From assembly GCA_934169925.1 (NCBI GenBank), contig CAKPOO010000001.1:90383-154382 (forward strand): a DNA stretch of 64,000 nt. The letters are read 5' to 3'. The notes beneath the pieces are model-generated. The model saw only the letters and a list, made by a program, of their open reading frames with translations, did not search any database and was not told where the DNA came from. The position numbers were made by a program, and so were the translations under genes. Positions 36,153 through 46,388 of the stretch are shown piece by piece (the first letter of the stretch is position 1; each line of letters starts with the position of its first letter). The stretch comes from an uncultured Clostridia bacterium. GTDB lineage: Bacteria > Bacillota > Clostridia > TANB77 > CAG-465.

Positions 36153-38342
36153 TTGAAAATAGAAGGAAAAGTTGCAACAATTATATTTAAAAATGAATTA
36201 AATCAGTGGACTGTTATGTTAATAAAAACAAAAGATGGGTACATAACTGCAGTTGGTGAAACAGATGATATTGATGTTGGTGAAGAATTAGAAATAGAAG
36301 GAGAAATTACAGAACATAAAGTATATGGTGAACAAATTAAATTTTCAACATATAAAAAAATAATGCCTAAATCTGATATTGCCCTTATTGAATATATTGC
36401 TTCAAATATAAAAGGTGTGGGTAAAAAAACAGCAAAAAATATTGTAGATATGTTTGGAGAAGAAACTGTTGATGTTATACGTTTTCATCCTATGAAACTT
36501 TTAGATATAAAAGGATTAAATCAAGAAAAGATTGATAATCTTAATGAATTTTTTTCAGATGAATGGGAAAAATGGAATGTTGTTGATTATTTAAGTAGTT
36601 TTAATATATCAGTTGTTACTGCAAATAGAATATATAAAGCTTTAGGTGTTGATACTATAAAAATTGTAAAAGAAAGTCCGTATAATTTGATTGGTCTTGT
36701 AAAAAATGTTGATTTTAAGCTTATTGATAATATTGGTAAAAAAGAGGGTATTGACTTAAATGATCAAAAAAGAATAGAAACAGGAATTATTTATGCAATT
36801 ACAAATATTACAGAATTTGGCCATACTTGTGTATATAAACATAATTTGCTAAAGTATGCCTCAGAACTTTTAAATGTAAGTTTAGATACTATTGATAATG
36901 GAATTACAAGACTTATGTTAAAGGATAAATTATATTCTCAAGATATAAACAACGAAGAATGTATTTTTAAAAAAGGGTTTTATCTTTCTGAAGAAAATAT
37001 TGCAGAAACTATAATAGAGCATACTAAAATAAATTTTGAACTTAAAAGTTTTGAAAAATATATAAAAAAAGCTAGTAAAAAATTTGATATAGAGTTATCA
37101 AAAGAGCAAAACGATGCAATAAATATGGGTCTTACAAGTAGCGTTTCAGTAATTACTGGTGGACCTGGTACTGGAAAAACAACTATTATAAAATGTATAG
37201 TTGAAATACTTGAAAATTTAAATAAAGAATACGTTTTGTGTGCACCAACTGGAAGAGCAGCAAAAAGAATGAAAGAAACAACTAATAAGGAAGCAAAAAC
37301 AATTCATAGACTTTTAGAAATAACTAAGGTTGATGATACAGATACAGATAGAATTTATGAAATGCCAGTAACTCCAATTGTTGCAGATTTTATAATTGTT
37401 GATGAAGCATCGATGATTGATACTTTGATGATGAATAATTTATTAAAAGCAATTAGTATAAAAACACAAATTTTATTTGTAGGAGATGCAAATCAGTTAC
37501 CATCTGTTGGACCTGGTAATGTTTTAAAGGATATAATTTCTTCTAATACTGTAAAAGTTACGTATTTAAAGGACATTTATAGACAAAGTGCAACTAGTGA
37601 TATTATAGTTAATGCACATAGAGTAAATAGTGGAGAATATCCAGAGTTTAAGAATAAAGATACAGATATGTATTTTGTAAGTGGAAGTAGTACTAAAGAT
37701 ACTTTAGAAAAGGTAAAATCTTTAATATCACATAGACTTCAAAATTTTACTAATTTAGATATTGTAAAAGATTTACAAGTATTAACACCTATGAAAAAAA
37801 CAGAACTTGGAACAGTTGAATTAAATAATATGATGCAAGAGGTTTTAAATCCTAAAGAAACTTTTAAAAAGGAAAAAAATTTAAATGGTAAAATTTTTAG
37901 AGAAAATGATAAAGTAATGCAAGTTATTAATAATTATGATAAAAAGTTTTCTATAAATGGTGAATTTTTTACAGGTGTTTTTAATGGCGAAATTGGTTAT
38001 ATTTCAAGAATTGATTTAGTAAACGAGAAAATTTTTATTATGTTTGATGAAACAAAGGAAGTTGTATATGACTTTGATGAAGTAGATCAACTAGAACATG
38101 CTTATGCTGTTACAGTACATAAATCTCAAGGTAGTGAATTTGATTATGTATTGTTGCCACTTTTTAATGCATATCCAAAACTTTTTACTAGAAATCTTTT
38201 ATATACCGCTATGACTAGAGCAAAAAAAATGCTTTTTATAGTTGGAAATAAAAAAACTGTCGAATTTATGGTAAATAATATTGATTCAAATAATAGACTT
38301 ACAGGTCTTAAACAAAAGCTTATAGAAGAAACTTTAAAATAA
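36153..38342 (+). CDS. recD2: SF1B ATP-dependent RecD-like DNA helicase
   Basis: Walker A GGPGTGKTT and Walker B VDEASMID. HhH region, SH3-like domain, C-terminal TVHKSQGSE. Confidence 0.9.
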   Translation: MKIEGKVATIIFKNELNQWTVMLIKTKDGYITAVGETDDIDVGEELEIEGEITEHKVYGEQIKFSTYKKIMPKSDIALIEYIASNIKGVGKKTAKNIVDMFGEETVDVIRFHPMKLLDIKGLNQEKIDNLNEFFSDEWEKWNVVDYLSSFNISVVTANRIYKALGVDTIKIVKESPYNLIGLVKNVDFKLIDNIGKKEGIDLNDQKRIETGIIYAITNITEFGHTCVYKHNLLKYASELLNVSLDTIDNGITRLMLKDKLYSQDINNEECIFKKGFYLSEENIAETIIEHTKINFELKSFEKYIKKASKKFDIELSKEQNDAINMGLTSSVSVITGGPGTGKTTIIKCIVEILENLNKEYVLCAPTGRAAKRMKETTNKEAKTIHRLLEITKVDDTDTDRIYEMPVTPIVADFIIVDEASMIDTLMMNNLLKAISIKTQILFVGDANQLPSVGPGNVLKDIISSNTVKVTYLKDIYRQSATSDIIVNAHRVNSGEYPEFKNKDTDMYFVSGSSTKDTLEKVKSLISHRLQNFTNLDIVKDLQVLTPMKKTELGTVELNNMMQEVLNPKETFKKEKNLNGKIFRENDKVMQVINNYDKKFSINGEFFTGVFNGEIGYISRIDLVNEKIFIMFDETKEVVYDFDEVDQLEHAYAVTVHKSQGSEFDYVLLPLFNAYPKLFTRNLLYTAMTRAKKMLFIVGNKKTVEFMVNNIDSNNRLTGLKQKLIEETLK

Positions 38343-38430
38343 TATTAGTTAACTAAAAAAGAACATTTTTTCTTTTTACTTGATTTTAACTATAAACTGA
38401 TATATAATATTTGTGTTTAGAGGTAATGAT

Positions 38431-39435
38431 ATGATAGAAGATAGAGTTGTATCACCAGAATTTATTGAAGAAGAAAATGAAGTTGAGGAAGTTTCATTAA
38501 GACCAATAAGTTTTGATGATTATATTGGACAAGAAAAAATAAAAGAAAATTTAAAAGTATATATTTCAGCTGCTAAGCAAAGAGGAGAAGCTTTAGATCA
38601 TGTTTTGCTATATGGACCACCAGGTCTTGGAAAAACAACTCTTGCTATGATAATTGCAAATGAAATGGAAAGTAATATAAAAATCACATCAGGTCCTGCT
38701 ATTGAAAAACCTGGTGATTTGGCTGCAATTTTGACAAATTTACAACCAAATGATGTTTTATTTATTGATGAAATACATAGACTTAATAAGTCAATTGAGG
38801 AAATATTATATCCAGCTCTTGAAGATTTTAGACTTGATATTGTAATTGGAAAAGGTCCTTCTGCAAGATCAATTGGTATTGATTTACCAAAATTTACTTT
38901 AGTTGGTGCAACAACTAAAGCAGGTCTTCTTTCTTCACCATTAAGAGATAGATTTGGAATAATTCATAGACTTGATTTATATACGCCAGAAGAACTTGCA
39001 AAAATTATAAAACGTAGTGCAGGTATTCTTGGAATGAAAATAGATGATGAAGCATCATTAGAAATTGGCTCAAGATGTAGAGGAACACCTAGAATTGCAA
39101 ATAGGATGTTAAAAAGGGTAAGAGATTTTGCTATGGTTGATAATTTAGATGAAATTAATTATAGTGTTTCTAAAAAAGCTTTAAGTAGATTGGAAGTTGA
39201 TGAAATAGGTCTTGATAAAACTGATAGATTGATGCTTGAAACAATTATAAAAAAATTTGGTGGTGGTCCTGTAGGTCTTGATACGCTTGCTGCTTGTATT
39301 GGTGAGGATAAAGATACAATTGAAGATGTATATGAACCGTACCTTATGCAAATTGGATTTGTAGCAAGAAGCCCAAGAGGAAGAGTTGTAACACCACTTG
39401 GGTACGAACATTTAGGAATGGAGTTTAAGCAATGA
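38431..39435 (+). CDS. ruvB: Holliday junction branch migration ATPase RuvB
   Basis: [27 protein letters not shown]. Confidence 0.95.
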   Translation: MIEDRVVSPEFIEEENEVEEVSLRPISFDDYIGQEKIKENLKVYISAAKQRGEALDHVLLYGPPGLGKTTLAMIIANEMESNIKITSGPAIEKPGDLAAILTNLQPNDVLFIDEIHRLNKSIEEILYPALEDFRLDIVIGKGPSARSIGIDLPKFTLVGATTKAGLLSSPLRDRFGIIHRLDLYTPEELAKIIKRSAGILGMKIDDEASLEIGSRCRGTPRIANRMLKRVRDFAMVDNLDEINYSVSKKALSRLEVDEIGLDKTDRLMLETIIKKFGGGPVGLDTLAACIGEDKDTIEDVYEPYLMQIGFVARSPRGRVVTPLGYEHLGMEFKQ

Positions 39436-40016
39436 AAAAATTATTAATGCATGCATGTTGTGGACCATGTTTTGTATACGTTGAAGATGATTTAAGAAAA
39501 AATGGATTAAGAAATGATGATGGATCTTATAGTAAAGATTTTACTTACGAAGTTGTTTTTTATAATCCGAATATTCATCCAAAAGTTGAGTATGAAAGAA
39601 GAAAAGAAGCTTTTATAGAATTTTGTAAGATGAAAAATGTTAATTATAATGTTATTGACGAGTATAGCTTAAATGGTTTTGTAAAAAATGTTGTAGAACA
39701 AACTGGTGAAAATAAAAGGTATAAAATAAGATGCGAATTTTGTTATTATATGAGACTTAAAAGAATTTTTGAATATGCAAAAGAAAATAATTTTGACGTA
39801 GTTTCTACTACACTTACAATAAGTCCATATCAAAATCATGAACTTATAAAAAAAGTTGGAAAAAATTTAGAAAAAGAGTATGGAATTGAATTTAGATATA
39901 TAGATTATAGAGAACATTTTAGAGAAGGTCAAAGAATGGCTCGCGAAACTCAAATTTATATGCAGAAATATTGTGGATGTGTATTTTCATTTGATTCTGG
40001 AAAATGGAGGTATTAA
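39432..40016 (+). CDS. queH: epoxyqueuosine reductase QueH (DUF208)
   Basis: HACCGPC motif near the N-terminus and a C-terminal CGC motif. Start overlaps the ruvB stop (ATGA). Confidence 0.8.
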   Translation: MKKLLMHACCGPCFVYVEDDLRKNGLRNDDGSYSKDFTYEVVFYNPNIHPKVEYERRKEAFIEFCKMKNVNYNVIDEYSLNGFVKNVVEQTGENKRYKIRCEFCYYMRLKRIFEYAKENNFDVVSTTLTISPYQNHELIKKVGKNLEKEYGIEFRYIDYREHFREGQRMARETQIYMQKYCGCVFSFDSGKWRY

Positions 40017-40900
40017 TGGAAAATAAAACTTATTCAAAAACTAAATTAAAGATTAGAAGAATAGTTACAATTGTTATTGTATGTGCACTTTTAGTTTTAC
40101 TTTCTTTTGGCGTATTTTTACTTGTAACTTCTATTAAAAATTATGTAAATTATGGAAATGTGAGTGAAATTTCAAAAGATGTATCTGATAATATTGCAAA
40201 ATCAGGCAATCCAATAATTGTAAATAATGTGCTAGTTGGTGCTGTAAAAGAAAATAACTGGATTTCAGCACAAAGATATTTTACTAATTTACAATCTACA
40301 ACAAATTTAGATTTAAGCGTTAATATGTATACAAAAAATGGTAAAAAGGCTACGTATGGAGTTTCATCATTTTATAATGATAAAGGAGTAATTTTTACTT
40401 CTGGAGAGGTAGCAGATTTTTCAGATGAGTATATAGCAACTGTAAAATCTAATACTAATATAATGCCAAGTCCTGCCACTGATGTAGAAGTTGAAAGTTC
40501 AGATTTAAAATATATAAAAAAAGCACTTGGAATATATAAATTATATAATAGTAGTGTAAAAGTACAAAATGCATATTCTATTTCTATAACGAGTGATGTA
40601 AAAGGAAAAATATTTGTTATAACAAATGAAGCAAGAAAAGGAATTGGAAGTTATAGCGCAGTTGTATTTTTAAATACAGTAAATAATAAAGCATATTTAA
40701 TAAAATATAGTTATGTTATGAATCTTAAGGATTCGAAAGATTGGCCATTATATAGTTTTAAATTTATTGCTGATATAAATGAAGATGGAATTAATGAAAT
40801 TGTGCTTCAAGAAACAAAAGAAGAAAATGTTTCATATGATATAATTTCATATAATGATGCTAAATTTACACAAATTTTAACAACAGAATTTACTGATTAA
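40016..40900 (+). CDS. hypothetical membrane-anchored protein
   Basis: N-terminal TM helix (IVTIVIVCALLVLLSFGVFLLV). GGAGG RBS. TAATG overlap with queH. DINEDGINE resembles an FG-GAP-like loop. Confidence 0.65.
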   Translation: MENKTYSKTKLKIRRIVTIVIVCALLVLLSFGVFLLVTSIKNYVNYGNVSEISKDVSDNIAKSGNPIIVNNVLVGAVKENNWISAQRYFTNLQSTTNLDLSVNMYTKNGKKATYGVSSFYNDKGVIFTSGEVADFSDEYIATVKSNTNIMPSPATDVEVESSDLKYIKKALGIYKLYNSSVKVQNAYSISITSDVKGKIFVITNEARKGIGSYSAVVFLNTVNNKAYLIKYSYVMNLKDSKDWPLYSFKFIADINEDGINEIVLQETKEENVSYDIISYNDAKFTQILTTEFTD

Positions 40901-40939
40901 TAATTGACAATTATAAATTTTTATTATATAATAATTTTA

Positions 40940-41168
40940 GCGTTGATAGGACAAGTAGAGATTCAAACTGTTACAAGAGAGAAATAGTCGTGGCTGTAAG
41001 CTATTTTTAATAAGCGTTTCTTGAAAACTACCCTGGAGCTTACTGGAAACAGTCGTTGATTTCGTATAAATCATAAAATGAGTAAAATATAAGGGTGGAA
41101 CCGTGCATGAAATATTTATGTACCCCTATAGTCAAAAAGTGTATTTTGTCTATAGAGGTACATTTTTT
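40940..41168 (+). promoter_or_regulatory. T-box leader (threonine specifier) with terminator/antiterminator, upstream of thrS
   Basis: T-box sequence AAGGGTGGAACCGTG at 41091-41105. Candidate specifier ACU/ACC at 41027-41032 in GAAAACUACC. Terminator stem 41120-41131 / 41150-41161 followed by a T-run. Confidence 0.85.
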
Positions 41169-41190
41169 GTAAATAAAAGGAGTGAATGTT

Positions 41191-42978
41191 ATGAAGTATA
41201 TTAACAACAAATCAGAAGTTTATGAAGCAGATGTAGATGTACAAATTATTAGACATACTACAGCACATATTTTAGCTCAAGCTGTAAAAAGACTTTATCC
41301 TGAGGCAAAACTTGCTATAGGTCCTGCAATTGATACAGGTTTTTATTATGATATCGACCTTGATTATCATTTAACAGATGAAGATTTAGTAAAATTAGAA
41401 GATGAAATGAAAAAGATTATAAAAGAAAATCTTAAGGTTGAATCTTTTGTTTTACCAAGAAAAGAAGCTATAGCTCTTATGAAGGAAAGAAATGAGGACT
41501 ATAAAGTAATGCTAATTGAAGATTTACCTGAAGATGAAACTTTATCATTTTTCAAACAAGGTGAATTTATTGATTTATGTGTGGGACCTCATTTGTTATA
41601 CACAAAAGCTGTTAAAGCTTTTAAATTGTTTAATGTAACAGGTGCTTATTGGAGAGGTAGCGAAAAAAATAAAATGCTACAAAGAATATATGGTACAGCT
41701 TTTGATAGTAAAGAAAAACTAGAAGAACATTTAAAGTTATTAGAAGAAGCAAAATTAAGAGATCATAGAAAAATAGGAAAAGATTTAAATATCTTTATGA
41801 CTCATAAATTAGTTGGATCTGGTTTACCACTTTATTTACCAAATGGAGCAACTATTAGAAGAACATTAGAAAGATATATTCAAGATAAAGAATTAGAACT
41901 TGGATATTCTCATGTTTATACACCATCTCTTGCAAATGTTGAATTATATAAAACATCTGGACATTGGGATCACTATAAAGATGATATGTTTCCTGTAATG
42001 AAAATGGATAATGAAGAATTAGTTTTAAGACCAATGAATTGTCCACATCATATGCTTGTATATAAAAATCAAATACATTCATATAGAGATTTACCAATAA
42101 GAATAGGTGAACTTGCAAATGACTTTAGATATGAAGCTAGTGGTAGTGTTTGTGGACTTGAAAGAGTTAGACAAATGTGTCAAAACGATGCTCATTTATT
42201 TGTAAGACCAGATCAAATAAAAGAAGAAGTTGGAAATGTTTTAAAATTAATATTCGAAGTATACTTAAAAGATTTTGGTTTTTCAAGGGATTCATTTAAG
42301 TTTAGATTGTCTTTAAGAGATAAAGAAAATAAAGAAAAATACATTGATAATGATACAATGTGGGAAACAGCAGAAGAACAATTAAGACAAATATTAAAAG
42401 AATTAAATATTGATTTTTATGAAGCAAAAGGTGAAGCAGCTTTTTATGGTCCTAAGATTGATATACAAATAAAAACTGCGTTAAATCATGATGTAACAAT
42501 ACCAACTTGTCAACTAGATTTTGCTTTGCCAGAAAGATTTGATCTTGAGTTTGTTGGTGAAGATGGTAAAAAACACAGACCAGTTGTAATACATAGAGCT
42601 ATACTTGGAAGTTCAGATAGGTTTATATCATTCTTACTTGAAGAAACAAAAGGTCATTTACCTTTATGGTTAAGTCCTGTACAAGTAAAAATACTTCCAA
42701 TTTCTGAAAATGAGCTAGATTATGCAAACTCATTAAAAGAAAAATTAAATAGTAAAAAAATTAGAGTTCAAGTTGACTCTTCTGATGAAAAAATTGGATA
42801 CAAAATACGTGAGGCTCAATTAGAAAAGGTACCATATATGGTAGTTATTGGAAAAAATGAAGCACAAAATGGTTCAATTTCTATTAGAAAAAATAATGGA
42901 GAAAAAATTGATGGTTTAACAATTGAAGATTTTATTTTAAAACTTAGAGATGAAATTGATAATAAATTAAAAAATTAA
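41191..42978 (+). CDS. thrS: threonine--tRNA ligase (lacks the N-terminal TGS domain)
   Basis: Editing-domain HxxxH (RHTTAHILAQA), class II catalytic core, anticodon-binding domain. ATG 41191 lies 8 nt after AAGGAG. Confidence 0.93.
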   Translation: MKYINNKSEVYEADVDVQIIRHTTAHILAQAVKRLYPEAKLAIGPAIDTGFYYDIDLDYHLTDEDLVKLEDEMKKIIKENLKVESFVLPRKEAIALMKERNEDYKVMLIEDLPEDETLSFFKQGEFIDLCVGPHLLYTKAVKAFKLFNVTGAYWRGSEKNKMLQRIYGTAFDSKEKLEEHLKLLEEAKLRDHRKIGKDLNIFMTHKLVGSGLPLYLPNGATIRRTLERYIQDKELELGYSHVYTPSLANVELYKTSGHWDHYKDDMFPVMKMDNEELVLRPMNCPHHMLVYKNQIHSYRDLPIRIGELANDFRYEASGSVCGLERVRQMCQNDAHLFVRPDQIKEEVGNVLKLIFEVYLKDFGFSRDSFKFRLSLRDKENKEKYIDNDTMWETAEEQLRQILKELNIDFYEAKGEAAFYGPKIDIQIKTALNHDVTIPTCQLDFALPERFDLEFVGEDGKKHRPVVIHRAILGSSDRFISFLLEETKGHLPLWLSPVQVKILPISENELDYANSLKEKLNSKKIRVQVDSSDEKIGYKIREAQLEKVPYMVVIGKNEAQNGSISIRKNNGEKIDGLTIEDFILKLRDEIDNKLKN

Positions 42979-43094
42979 TAATATTATTTTGTCGAAAATC
43001 TAGAAAGTTATTGAAATTTTTTCAATCATTATATATAATTTAAACATGTAGTAACAAACGTTACAAACTAATGAAAAAACATAGGGGGTAAAAA

Positions 43095-43358
43095 ATGGAT
43101 ATATTGAAAGTTTCAGCAAAATCAAGTCCAAATTCTGTTGCAGGTGCAATTGCAGGACTTGTTAAAGAAAATGGAAAAGCAGAAATGCAAGCAATAGGAG
43201 CTGGTGCTATAAACCAAGCTGTAAAAGCTGTAGCTATAGCTAGAGGATTTGTTGCTCCAACAGGTGTAGAACTTACTTGTTCACCTGCTTTTACAGAAGT
43301 ATCAATTGATAATGAAGAAAAAACAGGAATAAGATTTACAATTGAACCTAAATTATAA
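43095..43358 (+). CDS. spoVS: stage V sporulation protein S
   Basis: 87 aa. MDILKVSAKSSPNSVAGAIAG... is a near-canonical SpoVS sequence. Confidence 0.9.
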   Translation: MDILKVSAKSSPNSVAGAIAGLVKENGKAEMQAIGAGAINQAVKAVAIARGFVAPTGVELTCSPAFTEVSIDNEEKTGIRFTIEPKL

Positions 43359-43384
43359 TTATAGTTGTAATAAAAAATATATAT

Positions 43385-43425
43385 GACTCAAGAAGATGTA
43401 GTGCTATATCTTTTTGAGTCTTTTT
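43385..43425 (+). terminator. spoVS terminator
   Basis: GACTCAAGAAGAT ... ATCTTTTTGAGTC followed by TTTTT. Confidence 0.7.
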
Positions 43426-43480
43426 ATGATATAATTTTAAAGAAAAACAAATACTATATAATAAAAGTAGGTGAAAAAAG

Positions 43481-45280
43481 TTGAATCCAAAAATTATTGA
43501 TAAAAATAGATATAAAAAGACTACTAGAAAAAAAGCTACGAAAAATAAAAGGATAAATGAAGAAGATATAAAGAAAAAAGAAGAATTAAAAAAGAAGATT
43601 AGAGACGAAAAAATAAAGAAAAAGTGGCTTAATAATGATTTTAATGTAAGCTATATAAAGTTAAATAAAAATGTGAGTGTAAATAATCAAGAGGATGTAA
43701 CAAAATTTTTAAATAAAGTTAATAAAAAAAAGCAAAAGTCTCAAAAAGATTATACAAAATTTAACAATTATAGCAGCCTTATATATAAAGTTTCAATAAG
43801 CTTTAGCTTATGCGTTGTTTTACTCATACTTGGACTTGTATCAAAAATCATCATGCAAAATAATAAGCTAGAAGATAGTAAAACTGCATCTTCGAACATT
43901 GAAAAGAAAGTATCACTAGTGCAAGATTATGATTTTAAAGTTGGAATTTCAAAATTAGATAGTCTTGACTTTGAAAAATCAAATAATTTAATTTTAAAAG
44001 AATTAAGTACTAAATATAACGTAACATTAATAACTTTTGATACTGATTACAATATTACCTATAAACTTGCAAAAAAGATAATAAAACATTCAAATAAAGA
44101 ATATGAGATTATACTTGATAGTACATATGATGTATCTATTGATGATATAAAAAATGCAATAGATAATATTAAGAAAAACTCACAAGGCGTTATATATTAT
44201 TCAAAGATTAGCAATGTTGATTCTGTAAAACAAGCATCTAATGAAAAGATGTTTATATATTTAAAAGAAGATGATCCATATTTTGTTTATGCACTTGATT
44301 TTCCTATAAACTTAACAAGTAGTCAAGGGGAATATACAGTATCAGAAAAAAATGATGATAGTATTTTAATTTCAAGGCAAACTTCAAAATCTACTTTAAA
44401 AACAATAAGGATAAATTCATATAACGATTCATATAATATGGTTCAAGATTTTAATAACAATAAAATAGATGCATTTACAGCATCATCTGAAAATATAATG
44501 ACATATCTTGGAAGACACGATTATGGAGTAAAAAAATATAGAGATGGTGAAACTATATTTTTACTTGGTAATGTAGAATCAAAGTTATATAAACAAAAAG
44601 AAATAAGGCAAGCATTGCTTTATTCAATAAATAGAAATAAAATAATATCTGATGTTATGGGAAGTTTTTATGAATGTATAGATATACCATATATTTATAG
44701 TAAAATTGAGTATAAGTATGATAATTTTGGTGCTACAAATATATTACAATCTCAAGGTTGGACAAAAGTTCAAGGTGCATATTTTAAAAATATAGATAAT
44801 GAAAATACTGAACTTAATTTGAAATTACTTGTAAATAAAGATGATAGTACAAAGGTAAAAATAGCTGAAAATATAAAAAATATGGCTGAACAAAATGGAA
44901 TAAAGATACAAATTAATGCTTTAGATGAAAATGAATTAAAAAGTAAAATTGATAATAAAGATTATGATATAGTTCTTGCAAATGTTTCCATAAATCAAAT
45001 ACCAGATATAAATTTCATAAAAAGTTACTTAAATATAAATGAAAATGTTGCAAGTGCAATAAATATAGTTGATAATTCTAGTATTGATGATTTACCAAGT
45101 AATATTTCAAATCTTATGGAAGTTATATCAAATCAAGTTTGTTGTATTGGAATTTGTGCAAGAAACACTAATCTTGTATATCAAAGTTATATATCAGGTT
45201 TTTTAGATGATATTGGATATATGAAATTGTACAAAAATATAGAAAACATAGGAAAAATTCAAGATGAAAATGAGGGATAA
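43481..45280 (+). CDS. membrane-anchored protein with solute-binding-protein family 5-like ectodomain
   Basis: Lys-rich N-terminal region of about 100 aa, one TM helix (ISFSLCVVLLILGLV), then an SBP_bac_5-like region (IRQALLYSINRNKII, LNLKLLVNKDD...GIKIQI...DYDIVL). TTG start. Confidence 0.55.
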   Translation: MNPKIIDKNRYKKTTRKKATKNKRINEEDIKKKEELKKKIRDEKIKKKWLNNDFNVSYIKLNKNVSVNNQEDVTKFLNKVNKKKQKSQKDYTKFNNYSSLIYKVSISFSLCVVLLILGLVSKIIMQNNKLEDSKTASSNIEKKVSLVQDYDFKVGISKLDSLDFEKSNNLILKELSTKYNVTLITFDTDYNITYKLAKKIIKHSNKEYEIILDSTYDVSIDDIKNAIDNIKKNSQGVIYYSKISNVDSVKQASNEKMFIYLKEDDPYFVYALDFPINLTSSQGEYTVSEKNDDSILISRQTSKSTLKTIRINSYNDSYNMVQDFNNNKIDAFTASSENIMTYLGRHDYGVKKYRDGETIFLLGNVESKLYKQKEIRQALLYSINRNKIISDVMGSFYECIDIPYIYSKIEYKYDNFGATNILQSQGWTKVQGAYFKNIDNENTELNLKLLVNKDDSTKVKIAENIKNMAEQNGIKIQINALDENELKSKIDNKDYDIVLANVSINQIPDINFIKSYLNINENVASAINIVDNSSIDDLPSNISNLMEVISNQVCCIGICARNTNLVYQSYISGFLDDIGYMKLYKNIENIGKIQDENEG

Positions 45281-45282
45281 TA

Positions 45283-46293
45283 ATGGAATTTAATGGTATT
45301 TTAAAAAACATAGTTGATAGATCAAAAAAATTAAATAAAAAAATTGTATTACCAGAATCAGAAGATATTAGAGTTTTACAGGCTGCTAATATTGCTACTA
45401 AAAATAAAATTGCAAAGATTATTTTAATTGGTAATAAAAATAAAATTAAAGAAAAAATGAAAAAAGAATTAGGCGAATATTTAAATGAAGATATCGAAGT
45501 GATAGATCCAGACGAAAGCTTAAAAAAAGATGAGTATATAAATGAGTTTTATAACATTAGAAAAGATAAAGGTATTAGCATGGAGGATGCAAAAGATATT
45601 TTAAATGATTATGTTTATTTTGCAACAATGATGTTAAAACAAGGAGATGTAGATGGTGTTGTAAGTGGAGCTTCACATTCGTCAGCAGATACTTTAAGAC
45701 CTGCTTTGCAAATTATAAAAGCAAAGACTGGTGTAAAATGTGTTTCATCTTTTTTCTTAATGGAAACTGATAAGAAAAATTTAGGGCAAAATGGCGTATT
45801 TGTTTTTTCTGATTGTGGACTTGTAATTGAGCCAACAAAAGAAGAGCTGTTAGACATTGCTATTTGTTCTGCTGAAACATTTAAATATATAACACAAAAG
45901 AAAGCAAAAATTGCATTTTTATCTTTTTCAACAAAAGGAAGTGGAAAATCATCAAATATAGATAAGGTAAATTATGTAATGAGTAAGTTAGAGAAAATGA
46001 ACCCTGATTTTGAATATGATGGGGAATTACAACTTGATGCTGCTATAATTCCTGATGTCGCAGAAAAGAAAGCAAAAAATAGTAAAGTAGCAGGAAAAGC
46101 TAATGTACTTATATTTCCAAATTTGGATGCTGGTAACATAGGATACAAAATTGCACAACGTTTTGGCGGAATGCTTGCAATTGGCCCAATTACTCAAGGT
46201 CTTAATAAGCCTATGAATGATTTATCAAGAGGATGTAAGGTTGAAGATATTGTTGGAGCAATAGCAATAACAGCTTTACAAGCAGAAAATTAA
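45283..46293 (+). CDS. pta: phosphate acetyltransferase
   Basis: PTA_PTB domain motifs (VLPESEDIRVL, VSGASHSSADTLRPALQIIK). Adjacent to ackA. Confidence 0.9.
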   Translation: MEFNGILKNIVDRSKKLNKKIVLPESEDIRVLQAANIATKNKIAKIILIGNKNKIKEKMKKELGEYLNEDIEVIDPDESLKKDEYINEFYNIRKDKGISMEDAKDILNDYVYFATMMLKQGDVDGVVSGASHSSADTLRPALQIIKAKTGVKCVSSFFLMETDKKNLGQNGVFVFSDCGLVIEPTKEELLDIAICSAETFKYITQKKAKIAFLSFSTKGSGKSSNIDKVNYVMSKLEKMNPDFEYDGELQLDAAIIPDVAEKKAKNSKVAGKANVLIFPNLDAGNIGYKIAQRFGGMLAIGPITQGLNKPMNDLSRGCKVEDIVGAIAITALQAEN

Positions 46294-46321
46294 TACAGAG
46301 TTTTTACTCTGTATTTTTTTG
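46293..46321 (+). terminator. pta terminator
   Basis: ATACAGAGT-TTTT-ACTCTGTAT followed by a T-run. Confidence 0.75.
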
Positions 46322-46388
46322 TATTTTTATTGAAATTAAACTTATTTATGGTTATAATATTATTAGTTATTTAAGGAGGATTTTGTTA

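Noticed and set aside
38355-38375. Possible Cheo/SOS box GAACATTTTTTC upstream of ruvB.
   Set aside because: It matches only one half-site well, lies in a poly-A/T tract that could equally be a weak terminator after recD2, and I cannot evaluate it without a genome-wide motif model.
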